Virus record (IMG/VR): IMGVR_UViG_3300032123_000052
Span: 64,001-128,000 of that record
Source of the DNA: a virus
Taxonomy: Duplodnaviria; Caudoviricetes
DNA length: 64,000 bases
Direction: 5' to 3' (one strand)
In this document: positions 26,565-35,649 of the stretch, piece by piece
Layout: every line of letters starts with the position of its first letter
Numbering within the stretch: the first letter of the stretch is position 1
Position numbers and translations under genes: made by a program
Notes under the pieces: model-generated
What the model was told of the DNA's origin: nothing
Databases searched by the model: none
Seen by the model: only the letters and a program-made list of their open reading frames with translations

Positions 26565-27663
26565 CCTCTGTTGAACCCCCTTCCTCTTCTGATGTGACTT
26601 TTTCACGGGCCTCATCTTTTGTTTTAGCTTCACCCGTTTTAATTAATTCATCGGCCTTTTTCTCGACGCCATCTTCCGAATCGACTCCGTATTTTTCCAT
26701 ACTGTCCTCCGGACCATTCAATTGAACACACATATCATCAATGAATCTTTCGACTTCTTTTTCAAGAAATATAGCGCCACCAACTGTCGGATGGCCGCCG
26801 CCACTAATTGGATAATCCAATGCTTGAAGCACTTTCCCAATATGGACTTTGCACGATTCTTTTTGCCATTTATTAAACCCAACATCGGCATGAACCCTAT
26901 TACCACCAAGGTGCACAATTCGAACTGAGTACATCAAATCTGGTTTAATAAGATATTCAGAATATCTTGGGTATGCATACAACCGATTCATTTCAGTAAC
27001 GCCCATAGCACCATTGATAATCATATTCCTCTCAATCGCATGTGCTGAATTTTTTAATTCATCTACAACATGACAATCGACCCCAAGCGTGAATAGGACT
27101 TTATTGATATCAAAATTGTACAGATTGATTAATTCGACCAGCCTGTTATAAGTTGAATCGACAAATATTGAAAGGTGTTCAAGATATGCTTTCAATATCA
27201 TCAGTGGTTCTGTGCTTGAGAATATATAATCGATAGTTTTATATCCGGCACTATCGATCATATCAACCATGTCGACAACATGTTGGTCAACCGCGCCTTT
27301 TAAAAATGGAGTATTTTGAAACCAATTGTATATTACTCTCGCTGCAGATTTAACATTGGGGTTGTAGAAAATCTTTCCGTTATGAACCTCATTGTCTTTC
27401 AAATCTTGGCTGAAATGATGATCAACCCACAGGTCCGCTTTTTCATGGTGTTGATAATCAACAATCACAAGCGATTCGTTATCGGTAATTCTTGTTTTAT
27501 ACACATCTTCGATCAGCGCATTAAACTTATCACCCCTCATTGATGATTTTGCCGGATAAAGCCGATAAACATGGCCACGAAAGAATGCATTCATTATCAT
27601 TGCTGCCGAAACAATTCCGTCAACATCATCATGATAAAAAAGGTGAACTATTTTATGCTTCAT
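26551..27663 (-). CDS. DHH/DHHA1-family phosphoesterase (NrnA/exopolyphosphatase-like) with charged C-terminal tail
   Basis: HDDVDG, VIVD, WVDHH, SAARV, DMIDS, GGGHPTVGG; AAGGAG RBS; 14-bp overlap with the RT start. Confidence 0.8.
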   Translation of the reverse strand: MKHKIVHLFYHDDVDGIVSAAMIMNAFFRGHVYRLYPAKSSMRGDKFNALIEDVYKTRITDNESLVIVDYQHHEKADLWVDHHFSQDLKDNEVHNGKIFYNPNVKSAARVIYNWFQNTPFLKGAVDQHVVDMVDMIDSAGYKTIDYIFSSTEPLMILKAYLEHLSIFVDSTYNRLVELINLYNFDINKVLFTLGVDCHVVDELKNSAHAIERNMIINGAMGVTEMNRLYAYPRYSEYLIKPDLMYSVRIVHLGGNRVHADVGFNKWQKESCKVHIGKVLQALDYPISGGGHPTVGGAIFLEKEVERFIDDMCVQLNGPEDSMEKYGVDSEDGVEKKADELIKTGEAKTKDEAREKVTSEEEGGSTEDVQS

Positions 27664-27686
27664 CTACACTCCTTTAATAAGTGGAT

Positions 27687-27712
27687 AAAAAAAAGATCGG
27701 TTTTCACCGACC
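27687..27712 (-). terminator. Intrinsic terminator directly upstream of the DHH-RT operon
   Basis: Minus strand GGTCGGT-GAAA-ACCGATC followed by T8. Confidence 0.75.
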
Positions 27713-27756
27713 AAAAGTACAATAAACCTAATCAATATAGTTATTACATTTTAATA

Positions 27757-28008
27757 TCAAAAATAACTGTCTCTTTTTTTTTCCAATCGGTGATGAGTCA
27801 TCCTTTTGTCTTCGAGATGGCTCATCCTCATTGTTGATTTTATTATTCTATTTGCGAACGGCTGATCTTGAGGAGCGCTGAGTGATCTACGGTTTTTGTT
27901 TAGAGGCTGCAGATCAGCGTTCTCACGCTCGCTATGCATAGAGCGTGAAACTGAGAGGGCTATTTTTTCAAAATAGTCCTCAAAGTTTTTTACTGATATT
28001 GGTATCAT
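27757..28008 (-). CDS. Small hypothetical protein with FEDYFEKIA tag
   Basis: 83 aa; starts 1 nt after the upstream stop. Confidence 0.55.
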   Translation of the reverse strand: MIPISVKNFEDYFEKIALSVSRSMHSERENADLQPLNKNRRSLSAPQDQPFANRIIKSTMRMSHLEDKRMTHHRLEKKRDSYF

Positions 28009-28009
28009 T

Positions 28010-28666
28010 TTAATAGCGGTAATCTACAATGGTTCTTTTTGTTCGTGATTTTCCAGCGGAATAGCCCCCGCCAGCTAGACCAACTCCACCTACTAATCCC
28101 GCGGCGTACGGATTCGCTTTGGCTGCGCCCATTACACGACTTCCTGCAAGACCAAAATGCGTTGACCTCATACCCGCTGGTACTTTGATACCAGCTATCG
28201 CAGAGCTTCCTGCTGCCTTTAATCCCTTTCCAAGACCAGAGAATTGACCGCGAAGCGTTTTGAGACCTTTCATTCCGAGAGCAGCCAGCGATTTGATTGG
28301 GTAGCCAAGCTTTTCAATTTCATCGAGGAACGCTTCGTTGGCAATATCGGAAGCTGTTTTTTTCATAGGTGTTGACGCAGATGGTTCTGCAGAGGCCATA
28401 TTGTAACCAAGGGCAACGCCTCTCCTGAGATATTGATTGGCAAGTACGGTATTTTCTTTTTTATTAAAAGCTTTGAATGAATCTACTATTGATTTATTTT
28501 CTTTCGTATTAGCTTCAGAAAATGCAATAGCCATTTTGTTGCCCATTCTCTCGGCGCCAGCTTTAGTGCCAAATCGGTGCCCAACTGCTGCGCCACCACC
28601 GGCAAGTGCAACCCCACCCCCAAGAATGCCAAGTAAAGCCTTGGCGGCTATAGCTTCTTTATTCAT
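28010..28666 (-). CDS. Gly/Ala-rich membrane-like protein with KKTAS and AFLDEIEKLG motifs
   Basis: 218 aa, two Gly-rich hydrophobic segments; AAGGA RBS. Confidence 0.7.
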   Translation of the reverse strand: MNKEAIAAKALLGILGGGVALAGGGAAVGHRFGTKAGAERMGNKMAIAFSEANTKENKSIVDSFKAFNKKENTVLANQYLRRGVALGYNMASAEPSASTPMKKTASDIANEAFLDEIEKLGYPIKSLAALGMKGLKTLRGQFSGLGKGLKAAGSSAIAGIKVPAGMRSTHFGLAGSRVMGAAKANPYAAGLVGGVGLAGGGYSAGKSRTKRTIVDYRY

Positions 28667-28816
28667 AAAACTTCCTTTGAAAAAGTTTTCATATCATTAT
28701 ATAATCTATTATAGAATATAAATCACATGTTTAACAAGGGCAAAATTTAATTAATAAATTAGCGATACCATAAAAAATATTATATTTTCCATAATATAAG
28801 GACTTATGGTGATTAA

Positions 28817-29866
28817 ATGGAAAAAATTCCGTTCAAGAAATTTATCATTGCGCTCCTATTCTGTGGCAAAGATGTCAACGGAGTCGTAGATAAATTAAAA
28901 ACATTCCATTATAAAATAATGCCGGAAGAAGTTTCCCGCATATTCGATGAGGTTAGAACTGTCCTCCCAGAAACTATAAGAAACCTCATAAATGCCGCAG
29001 GCGTTCTCAGGCCTGGCGACGAGCAACATGCCGAATGGCTTAAACATTTTGGCATATTCGAAATTTATGATCACATCCTGAGATCTGCAAAAAATATTGA
29101 CAGTCCCCCTAATTACTTCAAATGGTGTGATGATTGTGTGTGGATTCATACTTATCAAGATGTTATGTCAATCGTTAATATTTTCCTCTTCAATGATGAG
29201 CCAGTAGAAACAATATCCGATGTTCTGATTGTCAAATTTAAAAGAAAAGTTGGTGTTGACACTCTTGAATTATATAAAAATATTTTCTGGGACACTATTG
29301 ACTTAACCGCCAAAGATGCGTTAAAATATTGTATTCCATTTAAAAACAACGCTTTGATAATAAGGCAGTTCAGGTCAGGGGCGGGCTCAGAAATAGAAAT
29401 GGCGGGTGGGCCGGCTTCTTATGACGGATGTGAGGTTCCATTTCATTTTCATGATACAGAATATATAAAATGGAAAATAGGATATAAGGTTGAGGCCCCA
29501 AAGCCAAAAGACTTCCTTGAGAAAGTTCAGACTGATAGTATGTATAAATATTATGAAACTATGAATATGACTCAGAGCATTGAGGTTGAAGAAGAAGATG
29601 GCGATAATAACATGGGAGACTTCAGTTCAACCAGAACAAAGCATCGCAATGTTGAAGAGATGAAGGCAAATGCCGCTAAGAAATGGCTTGATATGTATAT
29701 CAAAGCCAAAGAGCACATGCCTGATGACCGAAGTGATTCTGACGACTTCTTTAAGAAAATGAATCAAGTTGAGCTTGAGTTTGGTAATTGTACAGAGCAG
29801 ATTGCCAACATTGAAGATTTGCCGGATGTAATGGGTGATATAGCAGGTGATCAAACAAACCTATGA
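28817..29866 (+). CDS. Hypothetical protein, terminase small subunit candidate
   Basis: 4-bp overlap with terminase large subunit start; position only. Confidence 0.4.
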   Translation: MEKIPFKKFIIALLFCGKDVNGVVDKLKTFHYKIMPEEVSRIFDEVRTVLPETIRNLINAAGVLRPGDEQHAEWLKHFGIFEIYDHILRSAKNIDSPPNYFKWCDDCVWIHTYQDVMSIVNIFLFNDEPVETISDVLIVKFKRKVGVDTLELYKNIFWDTIDLTAKDALKYCIPFKNNALIIRQFRSGAGSEIEMAGGPASYDGCEVPFHFHDTEYIKWKIGYKVEAPKPKDFLEKVQTDSMYKYYETMNMTQSIEVEEEDGDNNMGDFSSTRTKHRNVEEMKANAAKKWLDMYIKAKEHMPDDRSDSDDFFKKMNQVELEFGNCTEQIANIEDLPDVMGDIAGDQTNL

Positions 29867-31533
29867 ACGTAACCCCAATACAATTCGCAATAGGGCTATT
29901 CTATTTAAATAGAATGCCTCTCCAAATGCCTTATGATTCTATGAGGCATCTTTATCCTATTTACAATAAACAATCTAATGCAATGATGTTCAAGTTCGGA
30001 CGCCAAACGCACAAATCAACCACGATTGCATTTAAGTTATCATTACCAGCCATAAAATATCCATCTTACCACGCTCTATATGTCGCTCCGACAGGAAACC
30101 AAGTATCAGTATTCTCTACTGATAAGCTCAACAGTGCGCTACATGAGTCTGATTTGGTGAAAGGCCATTATTTCGACACTAGAACAAAAGACCAGGTCTC
30201 ATATAAGGAAATGAAAAATGGTAGTAAGATCTATCTCCGGTCAGCATTTCATACTGCTGACTCTATTCGTGGTATATCAACTGATTTTTCAGCAATAGAT
30301 GAGATTCAGGACATCGTCAGTGACCATATTCCAGTTATTGAACAATCCATGAGCCATAGTCTGGCGAAGTGGGAGCATTTAGTAAAAAAATATCCTACAC
30401 TCCCTATGCATTTGTTCAATTGTAAATTATATGCCGGTACTCCTAAAACAGTTGAAAATACAATGGAAAGGTATTGGGATGAATCTACCCAGAATGAATG
30501 GGTTGTCAAATGTCAGAATACCGGATGTAAAAAATATAACCTCATCAATGAATACAATATTGGTGATACTTGTCTGATATGTAATAAATGCGGAAAGCCT
30601 ATATATTACCGTGATGGGCAATGGGTCACAATGAACAATGAAAATCCATATATCGATGGATTTAGGCTCCCTCAGATAGTTTTGGATTGGGTAAACAATA
30701 TAAGGAACCCTGAAGCATGGCAGATAAATGTTATACAAACAAGAAAAATATATTCTACCGAAAAATATTTTAATGAAGTTCTTGCATTACCATACGCTGC
30801 GGCAAAACATCCTTTAAGCGTTGTTGAGATCAAAAGGTGCTGCAAGGAATACGAAATGGTAGAAGAAGATTGGGTACAGAGTGATCCACTTTCAAAAAAT
30901 AGTTTAACGTTTGCCGGAATTGATTGGGGGAAAGGCGATACCGCCTCTGGCACATCGTATTCAATGTTGACAATTGGCGCATGGCATCAAGCTAGATTTA
31001 AAGTATTATTTAAAAAGAAATATACTGGTAGATTGTCAGCACCAATACCACAAGTAAAAGATATGATTAGAATAATCAATCGATTCAGATGCGTTCTCAC
31101 TATAGCTGATACAGGAGATGGAAGAACAGCGAACGCACTTATGGTTGATGCTTTAGGGGTACCAAGGTTCGGGGAAATATATGAACACGGTACTTTAAAA
31201 AAGAAAATCAGATGGGATAAAGATAAAGGTTATTATATCATGAATCGTACCCAAGTGATGACTGATATGATAATGGAAATAAAAAGAGATGAGGTTGATT
31301 TTTTTAAGTACGACCAGTTTAAAGAATATCAACCCGATTTCACTGGCATATTTTCAGAATATAGCGAACAATTAAGAATGACAAAATATGATCATAATGT
31401 TCCCGACGATGCCTTCCATTCATATATGTTTAGTAGGGTAGCATGCAAAATACTAAGAGGAGAATATTCAAAATATCTTACTGGTGGCGCTGATCCATTT
31501 GCAGAAGAGGAGCCATCAGCAATATCAATATAG
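29863..31533 (+). CDS. terL: Terminase large subunit (GpA-like)
   Basis: Walker A FGRQTHKST, RGISTD + Walker B AIDEIQD, coupling motif AGTPKT, Zn ribbon CQNTGC/CNKC, nuclease GIDWG and PDDAFHS. Confidence 0.9.
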   Translation: MNVTPIQFAIGLFYLNRMPLQMPYDSMRHLYPIYNKQSNAMMFKFGRQTHKSTTIAFKLSLPAIKYPSYHALYVAPTGNQVSVFSTDKLNSALHESDLVKGHYFDTRTKDQVSYKEMKNGSKIYLRSAFHTADSIRGISTDFSAIDEIQDIVSDHIPVIEQSMSHSLAKWEHLVKKYPTLPMHLFNCKLYAGTPKTVENTMERYWDESTQNEWVVKCQNTGCKKYNLINEYNIGDTCLICNKCGKPIYYRDGQWVTMNNENPYIDGFRLPQIVLDWVNNIRNPEAWQINVIQTRKIYSTEKYFNEVLALPYAAAKHPLSVVEIKRCCKEYEMVEEDWVQSDPLSKNSLTFAGIDWGKGDTASGTSYSMLTIGAWHQARFKVLFKKKYTGRLSAPIPQVKDMIRIINRFRCVLTIADTGDGRTANALMVDALGVPRFGEIYEHGTLKKKIRWDKDKGYYIMNRTQVMTDMIMEIKRDEVDFFKYDQFKEYQPDFTGIFSEYSEQLRMTKYDHNVPDDAFHSYMFSRVACKILRGEYSKYLTGGADPFAEEEPSAISI

Positions 31534-31543
31534 AGGATTTAAT

Positions 31544-31909
31544 ATGATAAAGATCGCTCCATTTAAATCTATGGCACAAATGAAACTTTTCTTCGCAAAA
31601 GAAAATCGTGGGGAGTTTCCAAAAGGAACAGCCAAAAGATGGGCACGCGAAACCACGAATATCAAATCATTGCCTGGGCATGTTAAGGAATCAGAGCTTA
31701 CTGGTTTATTTATTAAGATTGCAAAAAAACTTTTCAGCCCTGTAGATTCGCCACCGCTTCCCGCCAGACTGATTCAACAGGACGTGATCGACATGGCCAA
31801 AGAAGACAAAATGAAAGGTATGACCCCTGTAGAACACCGGAATGAGGTTGCTGCAAGACATACTGGCATAACCAGGAGAAATAGACAAACCGTAAAAACT
31901 TCTTTTTAA
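31544..31909 (+). CDS. Small hypothetical protein (start revised to ATG 31544)
   Basis: GAGGA RBS; PFKSMAQ..FFAK..RGE..W..ET..LP motif; IKIAK site. Confidence 0.6.
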   Translation: MIKIAPFKSMAQMKLFFAKENRGEFPKGTAKRWARETTNIKSLPGHVKESELTGLFIKIAKKLFSPVDSPPLPARLIQQDVIDMAKEDKMKGMTPVEHRNEVAARHTGITRRNRQTVKTSF

Positions 31910-31915
31910 TTACGG

Positions 31916-32317
31916 CTATATCAACCCTCTGTTCTGTGCTGCGTAGGCTTGTTTGTTAATTTCAAAAGTTTGGTCCACCGTGGCCATATTCACCCCATCG
32001 TGGGCGAGTGCCGCGTCGTTGAATATCTCTTCTATTGCAACGTCGAACAAGTCTTCATATTGCTCAACTGATTTTTGATATTCACCAATTTCTGTATTCC
32101 TAAATTCATTAATTAAATTGCGCCTGATTTGTAGCATCGCACTGTGTTCGATACGATTTGTTTTATTTTTTAAAGTGTACTCGAGGCATTTTGCGACATA
32201 TGATTTGAATATAATTGTCAGCAATTCATTCCGATCCTGTTTTGGATCGGCATTGAAGATTGAGCCTTTTAGTTCTTTCTGGAAGTTGAAATTTTCTTTT
32301 CCCATAAAAATAGCCAC
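31916..32317 (-). CDS. Hypothetical protein
   Basis: 133 aa with GGGTG RBS. Confidence 0.6.
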   Translation of the reverse strand: MAIFMGKENFNFQKELKGSIFNADPKQDRNELLTIIFKSYVAKCLEYTLKNKTNRIEHSAMLQIRRNLINEFRNTEIGEYQKSVEQYEDLFDVAIEEIFNDAALAHDGVNMATVDQTFEINKQAYAAQNRGLI

Positions 32318-32441
32318 CCCTTTATGTGATTAATTGTATTATTATATAAGATAACACAGGGATGGCAAATAATCAATAATAGTTGCAAGCTAATGGCTTA
32401 TATGTTATATTTTTGATAGACCCTTCACTTTGGTGATTATA

Positions 32442-33278
32442 ATGAGTTTAATTGATAATATAAAAAATACAGCCCATAAGGCGTCTGAAGATTATTTACT
32501 TACCGGTGTCGATATGAATGATACGATATTAGATTCGTACCATGCCGGAGATGTTTCCAATTTAGAAGTATTAAAACGAATCTGTGAACTTGCTAATCAA
32601 AACGTTTATCTTTCATTGTATCATGATGAGGATACCGACAAGAAAAATATTTCTTTTGTTCTTGCCGATTTTAATAATTTGAAAACTGAAATTTTAAAAA
32701 GTGAGAAAGCTATGGAAAATTATGCAACACCACCTGGCGATTTCCGTTCACTGTTAACGCTCATTGTCGGCAAAGATGCCGGCAATATCCAACAAGCTCC
32801 TAATAATGGAGAAAAGCTTGCTGAATTTCAAAAAGTTGGAAATTATAGAAATGTTTTCGAGGCGTTTATCAGCGATGTTGAGTCGTTACGATACAGCGAA
32901 ATACAAAATGCAGAGAAGGCTTTTTTAAAGATTGCTCACGACACAAAGATTATGGTCTCAAATGGTGAGTCAATTGGTGATATGGCAAAAATATCATCAA
33001 GGTTTGCTAAAGAGGCTGGTCTTGACCCCATGAAAGTTGCCGCTGCTTATAATATAATTCATCAAGATTTGGTTAATGATGGATTCACTGTAAACACCGA
33101 ATTTACAAAAGTATCATCTTATCGCATTAATAGTAATGCAGACATGCTCCAGCCGGTTAATGAATTTATTATGTCATTGGAAAAAATAGCCGCCACCACA
33201 GAGATGGTCCATAATTTAACAAATTCGCTGTCGGCTTTTAATAAGGTTCTTAAAGAAGAGCTTGTTGCCCAGAAATAA
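32442..33278 (+). CDS. Hypothetical head-associated protein rich in K-x-A sites
   Basis: EKLA, LKIA, AKEA, MKVA, EKIA; first gene of the operon leading to the protease. Confidence 0.65.
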   Translation: MSLIDNIKNTAHKASEDYLLTGVDMNDTILDSYHAGDVSNLEVLKRICELANQNVYLSLYHDEDTDKKNISFVLADFNNLKTEILKSEKAMENYATPPGDFRSLLTLIVGKDAGNIQQAPNNGEKLAEFQKVGNYRNVFEAFISDVESLRYSEIQNAEKAFLKIAHDTKIMVSNGESIGDMAKISSRFAKEAGLDPMKVAAAYNIIHQDLVNDGFTVNTEFTKVSSYRINSNADMLQPVNEFIMSLEKIAATTEMVHNLTNSLSAFNKVLKEELVAQK

Positions 33279-33283
33279 TAAAT

Positions 33284-34027
33284 ATGGGAATTAAAGAGAA
33301 CATTGAACTTGATATTGTTGGTAAAGCAATTAAGCCGACAGATAAACCACTCAGTGATGAATTCGCTGACAGGGTTCGATGGAGCGCGCTAAGCTCTCTT
33401 ATCGGTGTGGCTGTTGCTGCATCACCAATGCTCTTTAAAAAAAAGTTCAAAGACGTAAAAATACCTATGGCTGCTTTTGGATTGAGTGGCGTTCCAATGG
33501 GATGGAATCTTCCCCGTGTTCATAATAAATATCTTGAATATATTAAGGGGATAGGTTCTAAATCTGAAGCACAAAAAGCATATACTAAACTTGTTGAAGA
33601 GGAGGTTGATGTAAGAGAAAGGACTCCGATATTATTTGAAAAGACATCCTTTCTCAGTACAGCGACAAGGCTTGGTGGAACAGCTGCAGGAAAAATTGTT
33701 GGAAGGGCCGCTGCTACCGCAAAAGGGACTGGAAAATTTATTGGACAGGGATTAATGCCGATAAAGAAAATTGATACCGGCCTTGTTACAAAAAGAAAAC
33801 TTTTAGGAAGACGCGGAATGCTTCATGCTTATTCAGTAAGAGGGGGCCTTGGGATTGCTGGTGTTGCCGGGGCGGTTGGTGGCACAAGAGCATTTCAATC
33901 CAGGCGCAAACTGTCTGGGCAAAATTATACAACTTTCTTGAGAAATAATGTTCTTGCTGGAAATATAAAACCAGAACAATTGTCTCAAGCAGATTTGGTT
34001 GCGGTGAGACGAATGGGGATGAGATAA
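33284..34027 (+). CDS. Hypothetical membrane-like protein
   Basis: Hydrophobic Gly/Ala segments; FEKTS site. Confidence 0.65.
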   Translation: MGIKENIELDIVGKAIKPTDKPLSDEFADRVRWSALSSLIGVAVAASPMLFKKKFKDVKIPMAAFGLSGVPMGWNLPRVHNKYLEYIKGIGSKSEAQKAYTKLVEEEVDVRERTPILFEKTSFLSTATRLGGTAAGKIVGRAAATAKGTGKFIGQGLMPIKKIDTGLVTKRKLLGRRGMLHAYSVRGGLGIAGVAGAVGGTRAFQSRRKLSGQNYTTFLRNNVLAGNIKPEQLSQADLVAVRRMGMR

Positions 34028-34281
34028 TGAATGCTATATGGAATTCATTTTTTAGGGAAATGGAAAAGGTTGCAATAAGCCCTATGACTGTTGCGATGCA
34101 TAGTATGAATTTATTAAATCTCAAAGATAAAATTAGAGAAGCAAAATCGACAACACAATTAAATCCTATAAGTAGAGATACATCGACTTCTAATTTGAAA
34201 TTAAAATCACCTTACCAATATCAATTTGAAGGTGGTAAAAAAACCGGATTGACCGCAACTACGACTCCTCATACATTTTAA
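34027..34281 (+). CDS. Small protein with SFFREMEKVA tag
   Basis: TAATG coupling; 84 aa. Confidence 0.65.
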   Translation: MNAIWNSFFREMEKVAISPMTVAMHSMNLLNLKDKIREAKSTTQLNPISRDTSTSNLKLKSPYQYQFEGGKKTGLTATTTPHTF

Positions 34282-34292
34282 AGGAGCTTTCG

Positions 34293-34895
34293 ATGGAAGA
34301 TAGAATAAAAACAGCTGCCGACAATATGCTTACAAAGGGAAGTATAACTGATGTAGAGCATGGTGAACTATGTAAAGTCGCATTAAAATTTAAAGATATT
34401 ACAAAGGGCCTTGAGACTCTTGGTGGTAAAAGGCAAAAAATTATAAATCTCCTTGGGGGCCTTGCTTTGCTTGGTGGTGGTGTTTATGCCGGCAAAGAGG
34501 CGGTTATTGATCCTTTGGTCCAAGCAGTCAAAATTAATAAGTCTTTTAAGGCTATGGCACAAAAAGTTCCTCAACTTGCAGACCAGGACCAGAAGCAGAT
34601 GAAAGACTACTTCAACGTTATAAAAACATTTTCACCGAAAGCGGCTTCTAATCCATTAGTTGCAGGCGCCCTGGTTAATAAAATGATGCAATTTGGTGGG
34701 GTAGACCATAAACTGGTTCAGGATATATCGGCAATTCAGGCCGGTCTTCCTCAGCCGAGAGTAGCACCAACCGTTGTTGAAAGTGTAGCAAAGGCAGTTG
34801 GTTCGGCTGCTATTCCAACGGAGAAGACCATATCTGAATTTAATGAATATGGTAATTTACAACCAATGTCGGTAACTACCCAAACAGGAAAATAA
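34293..34895 (+). CDS. Hypothetical membrane-like protein
   Basis: AAGGAG RBS; IKTAA and CKVAL sites; LLGGLALLGGGVYAG helix. Confidence 0.65.
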   Translation: MEDRIKTAADNMLTKGSITDVEHGELCKVALKFKDITKGLETLGGKRQKIINLLGGLALLGGGVYAGKEAVIDPLVQAVKINKSFKAMAQKVPQLADQDQKQMKDYFNVIKTFSPKAASNPLVAGALVNKMMQFGGVDHKLVQDISAIQAGLPQPRVAPTVVESVAKAVGSAAIPTEKTISEFNEYGNLQPMSVTTQTGK

Positions 34896-35189
34896 ATGAT
34901 ACCGCTAAACGGGTTTGAAAAAGATGCCGGGGTAATAAAATTAATCACCAAGTCACCAAAATTTGTCAGATACCCGATTTATACACTCGGTCTTCTTGGT
35001 GCTGGTGCCGCCGCAACTGGTATCGCAAATCGTATACACGATTTATATAATATAACCAGTGAGATACGGAAGCGTAAGATCATGCATAAACAGACTGATT
35101 TGCTGAAGCAGATTGCCAACCATGGTAAAAAAGAAAAAAAAGAATCTTCTGTTCCGAAACAAAAGGTTGTGATAAATCCTTTAACATAA
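34896..35189 (+). CDS. Small hypothetical membrane-like protein
   Basis: FEKDAG site; LGLLGAGAAA helix. Confidence 0.6.
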   Translation: MIPLNGFEKDAGVIKLITKSPKFVRYPIYTLGLLGAGAAATGIANRIHDLYNITSEIRKRKIMHKQTDLLKQIANHGKKEKKESSVPKQKVVINPLT

Positions 35190-35199
35190 GAGGTATAAA

Positions 35200-35646
35200 A
35201 TGAGTATATATCAAGAGATTTACCAGGAAGCTTTTAATGATGAGCTTGAAAAGATAGCGAAAGAAGAAAAAACAGCGCCACAGGCTTATGGAAGTTATTT
35301 TAAATCGGTTATGCCAAGATTTGGCATCGGAAGCGGCATGAAGCATTTTGTAAAAAAAGAAACTGGAAAAGACATTTCAAAAAAAGAGGGTGGTAAGTTG
35401 TATCGCAAACATATTTATAACCCAGGGGTTTTAAAAGGTTTAGTTGGAACAGGTGCTGGTGGTATTGGGGGCGCTGGTGTTGGGGCGCTTATATCTTCTC
35501 TTAGAGGCATGAAAGGAAGATACGCAACGCTTGGGGCTTTAATTGGTGGCGCTACCCTTGGTACTGTTACTTCAGCGATGGGTGCAGCAAAAGGTGCACA
35601 GCAAATTGCAACTGGAAAGGTCCCAATAGAAGAAGAAAAAATCTAA
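35200..35646 (+). CDS. Small Gly-rich protein with YQEAFNDELEKIA tag
   Basis: GAGG RBS; two Gly-rich hydrophobic helices. Confidence 0.65.
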   Translation: MSIYQEIYQEAFNDELEKIAKEEKTAPQAYGSYFKSVMPRFGIGSGMKHFVKKETGKDISKKEGGKLYRKHIYNPGVLKGLVGTGAGGIGGAGVGALISSLRGMKGRYATLGALIGGATLGTVTSAMGAAKGAQQIATGKVPIEEEKI

Positions 35647-35649
35647 ACT

